From: Perna viridis
Lineage: Eukaryota
NCBI GenBank assembly: GCA_037379345.1
Contig: CM074518.1
Location: 1,426,001-1,490,000, forward strand
DNA length: 64,000 nucleotides
Direction: 5' to 3'
The position numbers were made by a program, and so were the translations under genes. Every line of letters starts with the position of its first letter. Positions within the stretch are counted from its first letter, which is position 1. The notes under the pieces were generated by a model. It ran no database searches. It was not told where the DNA came from and saw nothing but the letters and a program-made list of their open reading frames with translations. This document shows, one piece after another, positions 1 through 10,834 of this stretch.

Positions 1-559
1 ATAATTAGAACATTAACTCACTTTTCACTTGAACAGTAGTATATCTTTACTGTTCAGAAGTCGAAAACAGTGGTTTTACTCCTTTGTTTATACGCATCCA
101 AGGTGCCCTGATTGCAGCCATTGAAGTTGTCACGTGATGATGCAAAACAGAATGTACAAGTTATGTCTATTCTGTCCCGAATAAGTCGTTTAATACCGCG
201 AAAAGTACTAAGATTTTTTTAGTCTTAGTTTAAACATGTTTTGTTCAAATAATATTACAAATATATTGAAATTACCATAATTTCCACAAATCTGGGTTAT
301 GTCCATTTTTATTGAGGTTTGTTTTTCTTTTTTTGATATTCACTCCCTAGATAAACTGATTTACAGAAGAATATTGTCACTTTTTTACATTATTTTTTTT
401 TTCAAACGTCTATAAATTCTGGTGAGAACCCACATCATGCTTGAAAGCAGGCAAATGTTGTGTCAATTCTAAACAGAAAAATAAAAGTAATAAATAAAGC
501 GCTATGAATTATAGACTTGTATCTTTAACCTCATTTTGTTGTCAAATATGATACCATAT

Positions 560-1060
560 ATATTAAGAAATACCTTAGTAATAATCATGTCATACATGAC
601 AGTCACTATGGCTTCAGAAGCAAAAGGTCTTGTGAAACGCAACTTTTCATTAGTATTCAAGAATTAGCAGAATCAGTTAATTGCAAATGGTAATCAAATT
701 GATATCATACTTCTAGACTTTTCAAAGGCCTTTAAAAGATCCCCTATCAAAGACTCGTAGATATAACTATTACGGTATTTGTAACCAAAATTTAAAATGG
801 GTAACTGATTGCTTAGATAACAGACAACAAGTACTCCTAAATATAGCGCCACATCATCTAAATCATCAATAAACTCCTGTGTCCCTCAAAGGACTGTTTT
901 GGGACCTACTTTATTTTATTAATGATTTACCTGAATTTGTTGACTGCAGTGTTGTACAGTCAGTTATAAAAATGACTGAGATTCATTGCAGAAAGACCTG
1001 TCAATTAGTGGGAAGATGACTGGCAAATGAAATTGAACCTAGATAAATGCTATGTCAAAA
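560..1060 (+). mobile_element. Degenerate non-LTR retrotransposon (LINE, CR1/L2-like) RT fragment
   Basis: Broken-frame motifs HYGFRSKRSCETQL, NQIDIILLDFSKAF, VPQRTVLGP, INDLP, WQMKLNLDKC. Confidence 0.8.
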
Positions 1061-1204
1061 CTGGCAATTCAAACATTCTAAACCACCGTCATTTAAGTAC
1101 AGCTCTGCCTTAAAACCAGGCAGGAGCTTTTGAGCTGCGATTCATACATATCTTAGTCCCAAAGATATTTTAATTGTATTAACCCTTCAGTAGGCCTCAT
1201 ATAA

Positions 1205-1317
1205 ACTTTGATAAGACTGACCTTGGTTCCTTTGGTTACTGTCTCCCAAATCTTTGATAAGACTGACCTTGGTTCCCTTGGTTACTCTCTCCCAAAACTT
1301 TGATAAGACTGACCTTT
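1205..1317. repeat. Tandem repeat, ~43 bp x ~2.6, containing the Penelope-tail motif accttggttcccttggttactct
   Basis: Direct repeats of tttgataagactgaccttggttcc(c/t)ttggttact; the core matches 2631-2653. Confidence 0.75.
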
Positions 1318-1733
1318 ATAATAGATTATCCAAAATTTTAAAAATAAACAATATTCTCTATTCCAGTCCTAGAGAAAACTAGGAAATCTTACCACAATCA
1401 AATAATAGAATAAAATAAAAATATAAACAAAAACGTTTCTTTGTTGGTGTTTTATTTTTTTCTGCTTTAACCTTTTACTAAAAATGTGTTCATGCAAATA
1501 GAAAATAAATAAATATACTAAATTATTTTTATCAAAATTTGCCTTTTTGCCCAAAAAAAGTTATATTTAACTAATACTGAAGCTGTATGAACATTTTGAC
1601 AGAAGGATGGCAGGAAGACGGTTACTTTGTCTTAAAGTTGGAAATTGAATAGAGATATAGAATCAAAGTGCTGTTAAAACTGTAAACATAAATTTGCATT
1701 TCCCACATAATTAAGTATTGATTTTTTTCTTAT

Positions 1734-2653
1734 ATGTTTAAACTGAGAGTTTTTCAACAAACGGTCGGCATTCCAATGGGAACAAATTATGCTCCTCTAC
1801 TGACTGATCTATTCCTTCATTTTTATGAGACTGACTTTACAGCTGATCTGATCCAAAAGAAGGAACATCGTTATACTACATCCTTTAATCTCAGTTTCCG
1901 CTATATAGATGACGTATCATCTTTAAACAATCCTAATTTTGGGGATTTGATACACTGCATCTACCCCAAAGAACTTGAGATAAAGGATACTACAGACACT
2001 GTGAAGTCAGTCTCATATCTTGACCTACACTTAGAAATCGATGTAAAGGAAAACTATTGACCAAACTTTACGACAAACGTGATGAATTTTCACTCAGAAT
2101 TGTCAATTTTCCTTTAATCTGTAGCAGCATCCCTTCAGCACCTGTGTATGGAGTGTTCATATCACAACTCATGCGTTATGCCAGAGCTTGCCGAAACTAC
2201 GCAGACTTTTTGTATCGCACTATAATTCTAACAAATAGGCTTACAGAACAGGATTATGTTGCTACAAGATTGAAGTCATCACTACAGAAGTTTTATGGTC
2301 ATCATCATAAACTTGTGGATCGTTACGGTGTATCCATCTGCGCCATGAAAACTGATTTGTTCAACTGTCATAGTTTTCTTCTCCTCTTTCGTCTACCCTG
2401 GACGACTTTTTATGAGAAACTCGGCCGGTGTTTCTAGAAAAGCAGAGGACGCTTACCCTACTGGCGCATCTGGTCCATGCTCCTAGATTTTTAGTGGAGT
2501 CAAAGTTTGCTCATTTGCTTATTTTTACATTGTATGTATGATTTTAGCTATTTTATGTTCTTTGTTGTGTGTGTCTGTTTTCCATGTCTGGTCTTTGTCC
2601 CTGGATTACATTCTTTTGATTACCGCTATAACCTTGGTTCCCTTGATTACTCT
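1734..2653 (+). mobile_element. Penelope-like retroelement: RT C-terminal part (frameshifted) plus 3' tail
   Basis: ORFs 1734..2060 and 2057..2437 give FQQTVGIPMGTNYAPLL, RYIDDV, SYLDLHLEI, LYDKRDEF, SSIPSAPVYGVFISQLMRYARAC, typical of PLE RT/thumb; the tail recurs at 11229-11432 and 41046-41193. Confidence 0.85.
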
Positions 2654-2875
2654 TTCATCAGAATCCATACACAGAAAGGTATATTGCAGGATATTCATTT
2701 TGCTCCAGGAAGGAGATGTCAATTCATCTTACAAAGATATTGTTCGCAGTGAAGGATGGGCCGCAAGCTTATTGCAATACCACCTACTCTCGTAGTGGCA
2801 TTAATGATAAGTGGATACTTAAAAATTTTAAAGATTTACTTCAAAACCAAAAATCCCGTAGTTTTTCGGAAATTC
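2654..2875 (+). mobile_element. Second Penelope-like fragment (RT N-terminal part) directly after the tail of the first
   Basis: Reads HQNPYTERYIAGYSFCSRKEMSIHLTKILFAVKDG...YSRSGINDKWILKNFKDLL, matching the PLE region upstream of RT motif A. Confidence 0.7.
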
Positions 2876-3490
2876 ATACCAATATACCAAATAGGCATTG
2901 CAGTTTAGAGAAAAGTCACATCAATACTAACATACCAAATGGGGAATGCAGTCCAGAGAAAAGCCACATCAATACTAACATACCAAATGGGGAATGCAGT
3001 CCAGAGAAAAGTCACATCAATACTAACATACCAAATGGGGAATGCAGTCCAGAGAAAAGTCACATCAATACTAACATACCAAATGGGGAATGCAGTCCAG
3101 AGAAAAGCCACATCAATACTAACATACCAAATGGGGAATGCAGTCCAGAGAAAAGTCACATTAATAACAATATACCAATGGAAATTGCAGTTTAGAGAAA
3201 ATTCAAATACAAACCAATATATCAAATATGTATTGCAGTCAAGAGCCACATCAACTAGCCACATAAATACCTATTTACTAAATGGATATTGCAGTTTAGA
3301 GAATAGCCACATAAAAACCAATATACTAAATGGGGACTGCAGTCCAGAGAATAGCCACATGAATATCAATATACCAAATGGGGAATGCAGTCTAGAGAAA
3401 AGCCACATACCAATATACCAACAGAAATTGCAGTTTAGAGAAATGTCACATATATACCAATATTATCACATGGGGATTGCAGTCTAGAGT
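2875..3490. repeat. Minisatellite, 48 bp unit (cacatcaatactaacataccaaatggggaatgcagtccagagaaaag[t/c]), ~13 copies, decaying to the right
   Basis: Direct repeats visible; 16-aa periodicity in the overlapping ORFs. Confidence 0.95.
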
Positions 3491-3721
3491 ATTGTGACAT
3501 AAAAACTACTATACCGGTCTAGTAGATGGCCAAAAGATAACCAGCCAATATAAGATCATCAGATTTTATTGCCTGCAAAATATTAACATGATGTATCACA
3601 AGTTACCTACAGTTGATGTTTTACATTTATACATATACACAATGTGACAGAAGAGTTATACAAACACCTTCTAAACATATAATGGTGATACACTTAAAAC
3701 ATTTCCTAACATTAACCTACT

Positions 3722-4260
3722 GACCAAGTCTGACCTACATTATAATGTCATAACTGACCAACTCAAGAGTCTGACCTACATTATAATGCCATAACTGACC
3801 AACTCAAGAGTCTGACCTACATTATAATGTCTTAACTGACCAACTGAACAGTCTGACCTACATTATAATGTCATAACTGACCAATTCTGCCATGAGTCTG
3901 ACCTACATTATAATGTCATAACTGACCAACTCAAGAGTCTGACCTACATTATAATGTCATAACTGACCAACTCTACCATGAGTCGAATCTTGTTTGTGAT
4001 GTTATAACTAACAAAAAATGCATTCTAAGTCTGACCTTGTTTGTAATGTTATGACTGACAAAAAATGTATTTTAAGTCTGCCCTTGTTTGTGATGTCATG
4101 ACTGACAAATGTATTCTAAGTCTGACCTTGTTCGTGATGTAATAACTGACCAACTCTAAAATGTGTCTGACTTTGTGATGTCATAACTGACAAAAAATGT
4201 ATTCTAAGTCTGACCTCGTTTGTGATGTCATAAGTGAACAACTCTATTGTAAGTCTGATC
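3722..4260. repeat. Minisatellite, ~39-45 bp unit (agtctgacctacattataatgtcataactgaccaac...)
   Basis: About 12 direct repeats that shift to a second variant (agtctgaccttgtttgtgatgt...) after ~3985. Confidence 0.9.
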
Positions 4261-5530
4261 TATTTTTACAACCGATCGCTGATACTTACATTCCCTTACA
4301 CCACAAGTAGCATCACGTAATTCTATAAATATTTTTTTTGCCACTAATTATTTAGAATAAGATTAATATAAATTAAACCTAACAAAAGGACCATTCATAT
4401 ACAAGTACTAGTAAACATATGATATTACAAAATGAGCAAAATATAAGACTATCGTCATGGATTCACACCTGATAATTAAAACAGAGGTATCGGTGGGTTT
4501 ATAAATTAAAATTGATGTACTTAAGTCTTAAATTCCTGTCAGTCAAAAAATCAGAGACTTATATAAGTTGTCTCCGAATGAAGAATTTATTAGATAGAAC
4601 CAAACTTGGGACTTTGGGTAACTTAAATAGATAACTGAGTCTATAGTTTAGAAATAGCAAATATTGTTCAGATCAATCACATTATTCTATAACATATTAG
4701 TATATATAAATACAATGTATTAAAATAGCTAAGGGATGATGTGATGTTTACAGCCATTAATCTTGAGACAAAAAATAAAAAAAAGGAAATTCAATAGTAA
4801 CAACTATGACCAAGACAATTCCTCTATGAACACTAGTTTAATAGGGTAGCTGCAAATCTAGAATACCACCTGACCTATACCCGATTGGTTTATATTTATT
4901 CACATTAAACTGAGACAACAGAAATTTGACATTGGTATAGTTTGGGACAAGAAACTTTATAGGAGATGGTTCAGTAAGGGCAAAATTTTGTCTCAAAAAC
5001 AAAGTTTACATGAAAAAAACTTTGTTGTTTCTCCAGCTCTTAAATGAGTTTTAAAGTTGATTTGATTGATTTATGGTGATAATTAGAACATAGACAGTCA
5101 AATATGCCCTTTAAACTTGGTTGAGATTGGGAAAATCTGTTAAAATAAGCTAGAAAACACCAAATTTGGTGCAGTTTTTCACTCGTTTAGCAATGGCCAC
5201 ATGCATGTTGACTCTCGTGCTTCATATATTTTGTGTATAATTGTCAGTTACAACTCATGTAAAAATATCTTGAATCAACAGATGTGTGCCCATCTTGAAA
5301 ATTGTAGAAAAAGTTAAAGGTTTAAGTAAAAGTTACATAAATGCATACTGTTATTTCTGGAATAACATCATAAATCTCCTCAAAAACATCTTATATTCAG
5401 TGTTTGTGACCATTTTACAATAATACTACTACCTAGAAATCAGCTTTAATCAATTTTTCCAAAATGACCAAATTATGAGGCCAGAAGGGGTCCTTACCGA
5501 ACATTCTCCCTTGTATCCCTTACGTTTATA

Positions 5531-6304
5531 GCGAGCGCCATGAAGCAGTGCGAGCTCTACCATTATTACATGTACATTCTAAATTTCCCTTAAGGTTCCC
5601 TAATATACTAACGAAAAAAAAAAGTCATGTCCTAGAAGTAACAAAAAGTGACTGTCCTTACAGAGAAAATTCATCATTTCCTTCAGTCAAACAAATAAAA
5701 AAATATAGGTTATGATTACGTTTCAGTAAAAATAGATTCATCTTTTCTAATAGTTTTCAAGTCTTTTCTAATCTGTTTTACTCATTTAACGAAGTGAATG
5801 TTATGTTTATAAAAACTTCGGAAATACCACGTGGATGTACATACATATATCTCCGCTGTTCCACTGTTGCAGTTGTCAAGAAGCTAACCCACCTTGGAAA
5901 AAAATATAACTGATTATTTTATCAAAATCAAAGCATAGCTTTTCTAAGATAGGAAAGGCAATCATTTTCTTGTTTGGAATTTGCAGCTGTCATCTGAATT
6001 TTGTTTACGTCACATAATATGTATAAAATATTCCCACCATCCATGGAGAACTTTAATATTTCCGGTATCTGTACAGATTGATCTGAAAGGCCAAAACTAA
6101 AAAAACTCCCCCATTAATTAACAAGACATATTTTCAAATAGAAATATTGATTCTGCTTGCTGGTTAAACATAAATAAAAATATAGCACTTGCGAAGCAAA
6201 AATTTTCATCTGGGTGGCCCCCCCCCTTCTTTGTAATGTCCATTATTATTTTTACGCATCTCACACAGACGGTACATATATATAGTAAAGCTCACGGTGC
6301 TCGC
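5531..6304. mobile_element. Putative MITE / non-autonomous DNA element
   Basis: Imperfect inverted ends: gcgagcgcc...gcgagctctaccat...atgtac versus reverse complement gcgagcaccgtgagctttactat...atgtac. Confidence 0.4.
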
Positions 6305-8754
6305 TGATTTAAGCAATGCCTACCCCACATTAGTCATTACCACTACACATTTAGTAACACCTAATGAGAAACTGATATCAAAGGGTAGATTTCCAGGTCA
6401 ACCTTCCGGCATTACTGTCTCAAGAAACCTCAGACTAAGCTTGTCACATCAATATTGACAAACAAGATAAAGTTAGTAAGTAAAGGATATAGTATACTTA
6501 GGGATGTTTTGGCCACCAGTACTATTTAGAAAAAAGAAACTTAGGTTGGCAAGTCAATTTAAACAACTGGAAATAATAACAGTAGATGAAACTAAATTTT
6601 ATAGGAAGCTTGTTATAATTTGTCATATGACGTTCACCAAAAAAATATTGTAATAATAAATCTACAATTTTGATCTGTAAAAGTGGAATGTTGTCTTTGA
6701 AGTAAAAATGCTGTTAAGGTTGAAAATTGTAGCAAGTAATGAAACCAAATATAGAACCATACCATTATTTTGTAACATTTTCACCAAGTACAGATAGTTT
6801 ATTAATTCTGATTATTGAAATTGACATAAAATCCTTTAAACCTAGTAATGGTTCTGTGTTATAATCAACTTAATTAATTACAAATATGAAATTCTGATTG
6901 ATTTTAATAGAAACAAATCAGAAAAAAAATCCCAAAAATTGGAGTTAGAGCACTCAAACAGCAAATACAGTACATTTGAACTGGGCATAAAACTTGACAA
7001 AATGGGAAAAAAATATATAAATGAGCAAAATGTCCCTGGAAAATTTTTAAAAGAGGTACACTGTGAACTTAAGGATTTCAAATCCAACAATATCAGTATT
7101 TCTGTCTCATTGACAACATTTGTTCCCATAGGTCAGCTCTAGAGTATCTTCTGATTGCATAGATAAAAGCACTCAAATCTCCTCCAAAAAGTAGCTAACT
7201 ATTGCAGTCATCTAAAGACTATGAAAGTTATCAATGAACTAAATGATGGAATTGCAAAAAGTTTTCTTTAAAAAAATTGAATGATGAATTCGAATACTAC
7301 TTACATTGAACTCAAAAATATAAAGTATTTAAGACTTTTCTTAATACACTATTGAGTGTGGGTCATGTCAGGTAAATATTTCATGGCAGTTATATACATT
7401 AGACCCTAGTAGTTTTATTAAATGAGAGATATGAAATAACTAAATAGGTTTACATACAAGATCATGAAAAACAGGCAAAAAAAAAAAATAAACATAAGAG
7501 TGATCTGATGACAATAGAGGAAAAAAAAACTCAAAATTTTCAAATGAAGGGAATATTCTCAGAACATATTATGCTATTACCTAGTGATAGGGATTAACAA
7601 GTGTATACCAAGCCAAATAACAAGCTATTTATAGCAACAAACTTTAATGACCTAATTACAAAAGGTCACCGGCAAAAAAATGAGATTCTTAGTATGAACA
7701 CTTTAGATATACTCTTACATTTACCATAAAGAAACACATTTAGTTATAAATTTAAGGCCAATTCAAAACGTTAACATTAAAATGATATACAACAAAGTAT
7801 TCTATATATAAAACTGAACAAACACACACACAAACACGCACACACACACACATCTTATTAACAAAAATAAATGAAGTATTTCAACAAATAATGCACACAA
7901 CTCTTGAGCACTAATAGTTAACAGAGAGAGACAACAAAGAACTCAAATGGGTATAAATCAATTCAACATTGAATTTACAAGAGTACTTATATTATTATAC
8001 TGATGTTTACAATGAATCTCAACAAGAAAACCCAACTTAAGAAAAAAAGAAAAATGATTCCAGTAAAAATATCTGCAAGATATCCTTACACATGTAATAT
8101 ATTGAGTAATTAATGAACATTCTAAAATATAATACATATAAATAAGGATCATTATATAATAGAACAGAACCACCTAATGATAACTAGCTGTGTTATATAT
8201 CAATTCAATATTAAAAAAAAACTCTACATATTAACATAAAATATTTCTATTTCTGGCATTTTCTGAGCATCTAGAGAGTTAAATAAATACTATGAAAGAC
8301 AAAAAGTTTGGCAGAAGTTAAAATATGGCAAATAATACAAGCTAATAATAAAATGTACTAATCTAGAACTAATGTAAACAATACATGTCATTTTTAATAC
8401 ATTAGCCAAGGTATAAGAGAGCAAAAATGATGTACGATAGATAATGTACTAATTGCTCATACAGACAATTAAATATGCTAATTGGTATTAATTTATAATT
8501 ATATTTTTTTTCTATATTACTTTCCATGCAAAAATTTAGTGATTCCATTTGTTACTGATTACAGCCTATGTTGTCTTTGAAAGAAAAAATAAAAATAAAG
8601 AGTAACAGTTTTGGCAAAATGAGTACATACATACCATTCTATTTTGGTATTACATAATAAACAAAATAATAATAATAATATTTAATAAGCTTACAATAAA
8701 TAAAATCAACACAACATACAACAGGTCCATATCTGTTAATCTACGGAACAGTAA

Positions 8755-9035
8755 ATGTGGTATATTCTCCCTCAAGACTGTCACGTGTGGGAGTTTCTCC
8801 CTCATTGAGTGACGTGTGGTATATTCTCCCTCATTGACTGTCGTGTGTGGGAGTTTCTCCCTCATTGACTGTCATGTGTGGTATATTCTCCCTAATTGAC
8901 TGTCATGTGTGGTATATTCTCCCTCATTGACTGTCATGTGTGGGAGTTTCTCCCTCATTGACTGTCATATGTGGTATATTCTCCCTCTTTGACTGTCATG
9001 TGTGGGAGATTCTCCCTCACTGACTGTCATACGTG
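8755..9035. repeat. Minisatellite, ~31 bp unit (tctccctcattgactgtcatgtgtggtatat), ~9 copies
   Basis: Direct repeats; the adjoining 9035-9198 segment resembles 12795-12958 (dispersed repeat). Confidence 0.9.
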
Positions 9036-9991
9036 GGTGATTTTTCACATAAAAGCAAATTTTTCACGTAAAAAATCAATTGTTTAGTGTTTAACAAAAT
9101 ATGTAGTAATTTTTATTATAAATATCCCACAAAATTTATATTTCTATGTGGGAGATTTTCAGTTTTTCATTGATTTTGTGGGAGGATTAACAGGTATGAT
9201 GGTCTTCAATCAGAGCTAATTTTCTCAGAGAACAGAAATAATACATGCATTAATTCTAATGATTTATTTTGTACCTTATATCTCTATTATCATGTTTATC
9301 TCATGTAAGCCAATTATCTTTCATAAGTTTATTCTGGAATTGAAAAATGTTACAACAATTAACTTTTGTAATGACCTACTTCACACATGTCAACCACAAA
9401 TAGTAACAGAATCATTTTCTTTTTATCAATAATGAAATCAGAATGTATTTTGTAATCAATGAGTATACCATTGTTTACATAAGTAGTAGAAATCCAATAT
9501 TATTGTAGGGACTTAAGATGTACAAAACAAAACAATATATTCTGACATGTGACCATAAAATTTATTTTCTTGTTTATTGTTGATGTAAAATGTTTAAGGG
9601 TTACAACAGTTCTTGAACACATGTATAAAATTCAATGAGAAAAATAAGTCTATAAAAACAAAGTAACATCTAAAAACCACACTTGTAAGTATCATAAACA
9701 AAGAAAAGGACTTTTCTGACAACTTTATAATACTTCAACACTCATGACATTGAAAACATGGAAGATAAAAAGTTAACAAATATAGCATATCTTCTAAATT
9801 GCACATATCCATTAACTGTCAATGTATATAATCCTGTTCATCAGTTTTGTTCATATATAAATTGTTAACGAGAATCAACAAGTCAATTCTGTACACGGTG
9901 TATCAGACTGGTACTGAAGATGTTGTATGGGCCATATGAGACAATGTCTTAATATCGTACTGACTGGTAGAAGAATTACTTGATAGGACTT

Positions 9992-10240
9992 TTATCTTGT
10001 ATTGTGGACTAGAACTAGACCAAGTTTAGGAGTCCAGAATAGACAAGCAGTCCAAAAGTCTGCAACAGATATAGATTCCAGAAACCCAGAACAGACAAGA
10101 AGTCTAGGAGTCCAAAAACTCACAACAGACATGGAGTCCATGAGTTCAGAAGTCCATGAACCCAGAACAGACATAGAGTCAGAGAGACCAGGATCATAAA
10201 TTACAAGTAGTTGACTAAGCACACTAGAATCTACCAGTCT
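9992..10240 (-). other. Probable terminal (3'UTR) exon start of PLCL; true 3' end unknown and probably further left
   Basis: Strong acceptor tattttattttacag|AGACTG at 10241/10240, downstream of the donor at 10746; followed by a long U-rich sense-strand region. Confidence 0.5.
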
Positions 10241-10316
10241 CTGTAAAATAAAATACCATTATTAGCTATATACCAAGTAGATAATAAACTGCCTGAAAGA
10301 TGTTTGTGTTCTGTGC

Positions 10317-10440
10317 ACAAATCATGTATTTTCACCAGTGATCATATTTTAAGTTATTCATACAAATCATGTATTTTCACCAGTGATCATATTTTAAGTT
10401 ATTCGTACAAATCGTGTATTTTCACAGTGATCATATTTTC
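10317..10440. repeat. Tandem repeat, 45 bp x ~3
   Basis: acaaatcatgtattttcaccagtgatcatattttaagttattc repeated. Confidence 0.85.
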
Positions 10441-10506
10441 ACTTTTTTCACAAAAAATAATAGTGATGTAGTCTTACTACAACGTTTATTGTGAATTGTC
10501 TGATTG

Positions 10507-10768
10507 AACCCACCTGATCCTAAAGGACCGGTTTTGTTGTGTATTACCCTATTCAACCCACCTGATCATAAAGGACTGTTTATTGTGATGTCCAATTAAA
10601 CCCAACTGATCATAAAGGACTGTTTTTTTGTTTATTACCCAATTCAACCCATCTGATCATAAAGGGCTGTTTTTTGTGTATTACCCAATTTAACCCACCT
10701 GATCATAAAGGACTGTTTTTTTTGTGTATTACCCAATTTAACCCACCTGATCACAAAGGACTGTTTTG
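10507..10768. repeat. Minisatellite, ~44-49 bp x 6, made from the last-coding-exon end plus its splice donor
   Basis: Unit aacccacctgatcataaaggactgttttt...; the rightmost copy is the real exon end including the stop codon. Confidence 0.88.
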
Positions 10769-10834
10769 GTCTGAATAATCATCATCAGCATCACTCTCTT
10801 TCCTCAACCCTGTTGACCCTGAAGTCTCCACAAT
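10751..10834 (-). CDS. PLCL: PLCL last coding exon: [27 protein letters not shown]-stop
   Basis: tttttcag acceptor; TGA at 10751-10753, followed 4 nt later by a CAG|gtgggt donor (exon end 10747). Confidence 0.8.
   Translation of the reverse strand: MVETSGSTGLRKESDADDDYSDQNSPL

Noticed and set aside
2716-3487. Repeat-protein ORFs (EKSHINTNIPNGECSP)n and overlapping frames
   Set aside because: Open in several frames on both strands because the 48-bp unit lacks stops; no splice or homology support.
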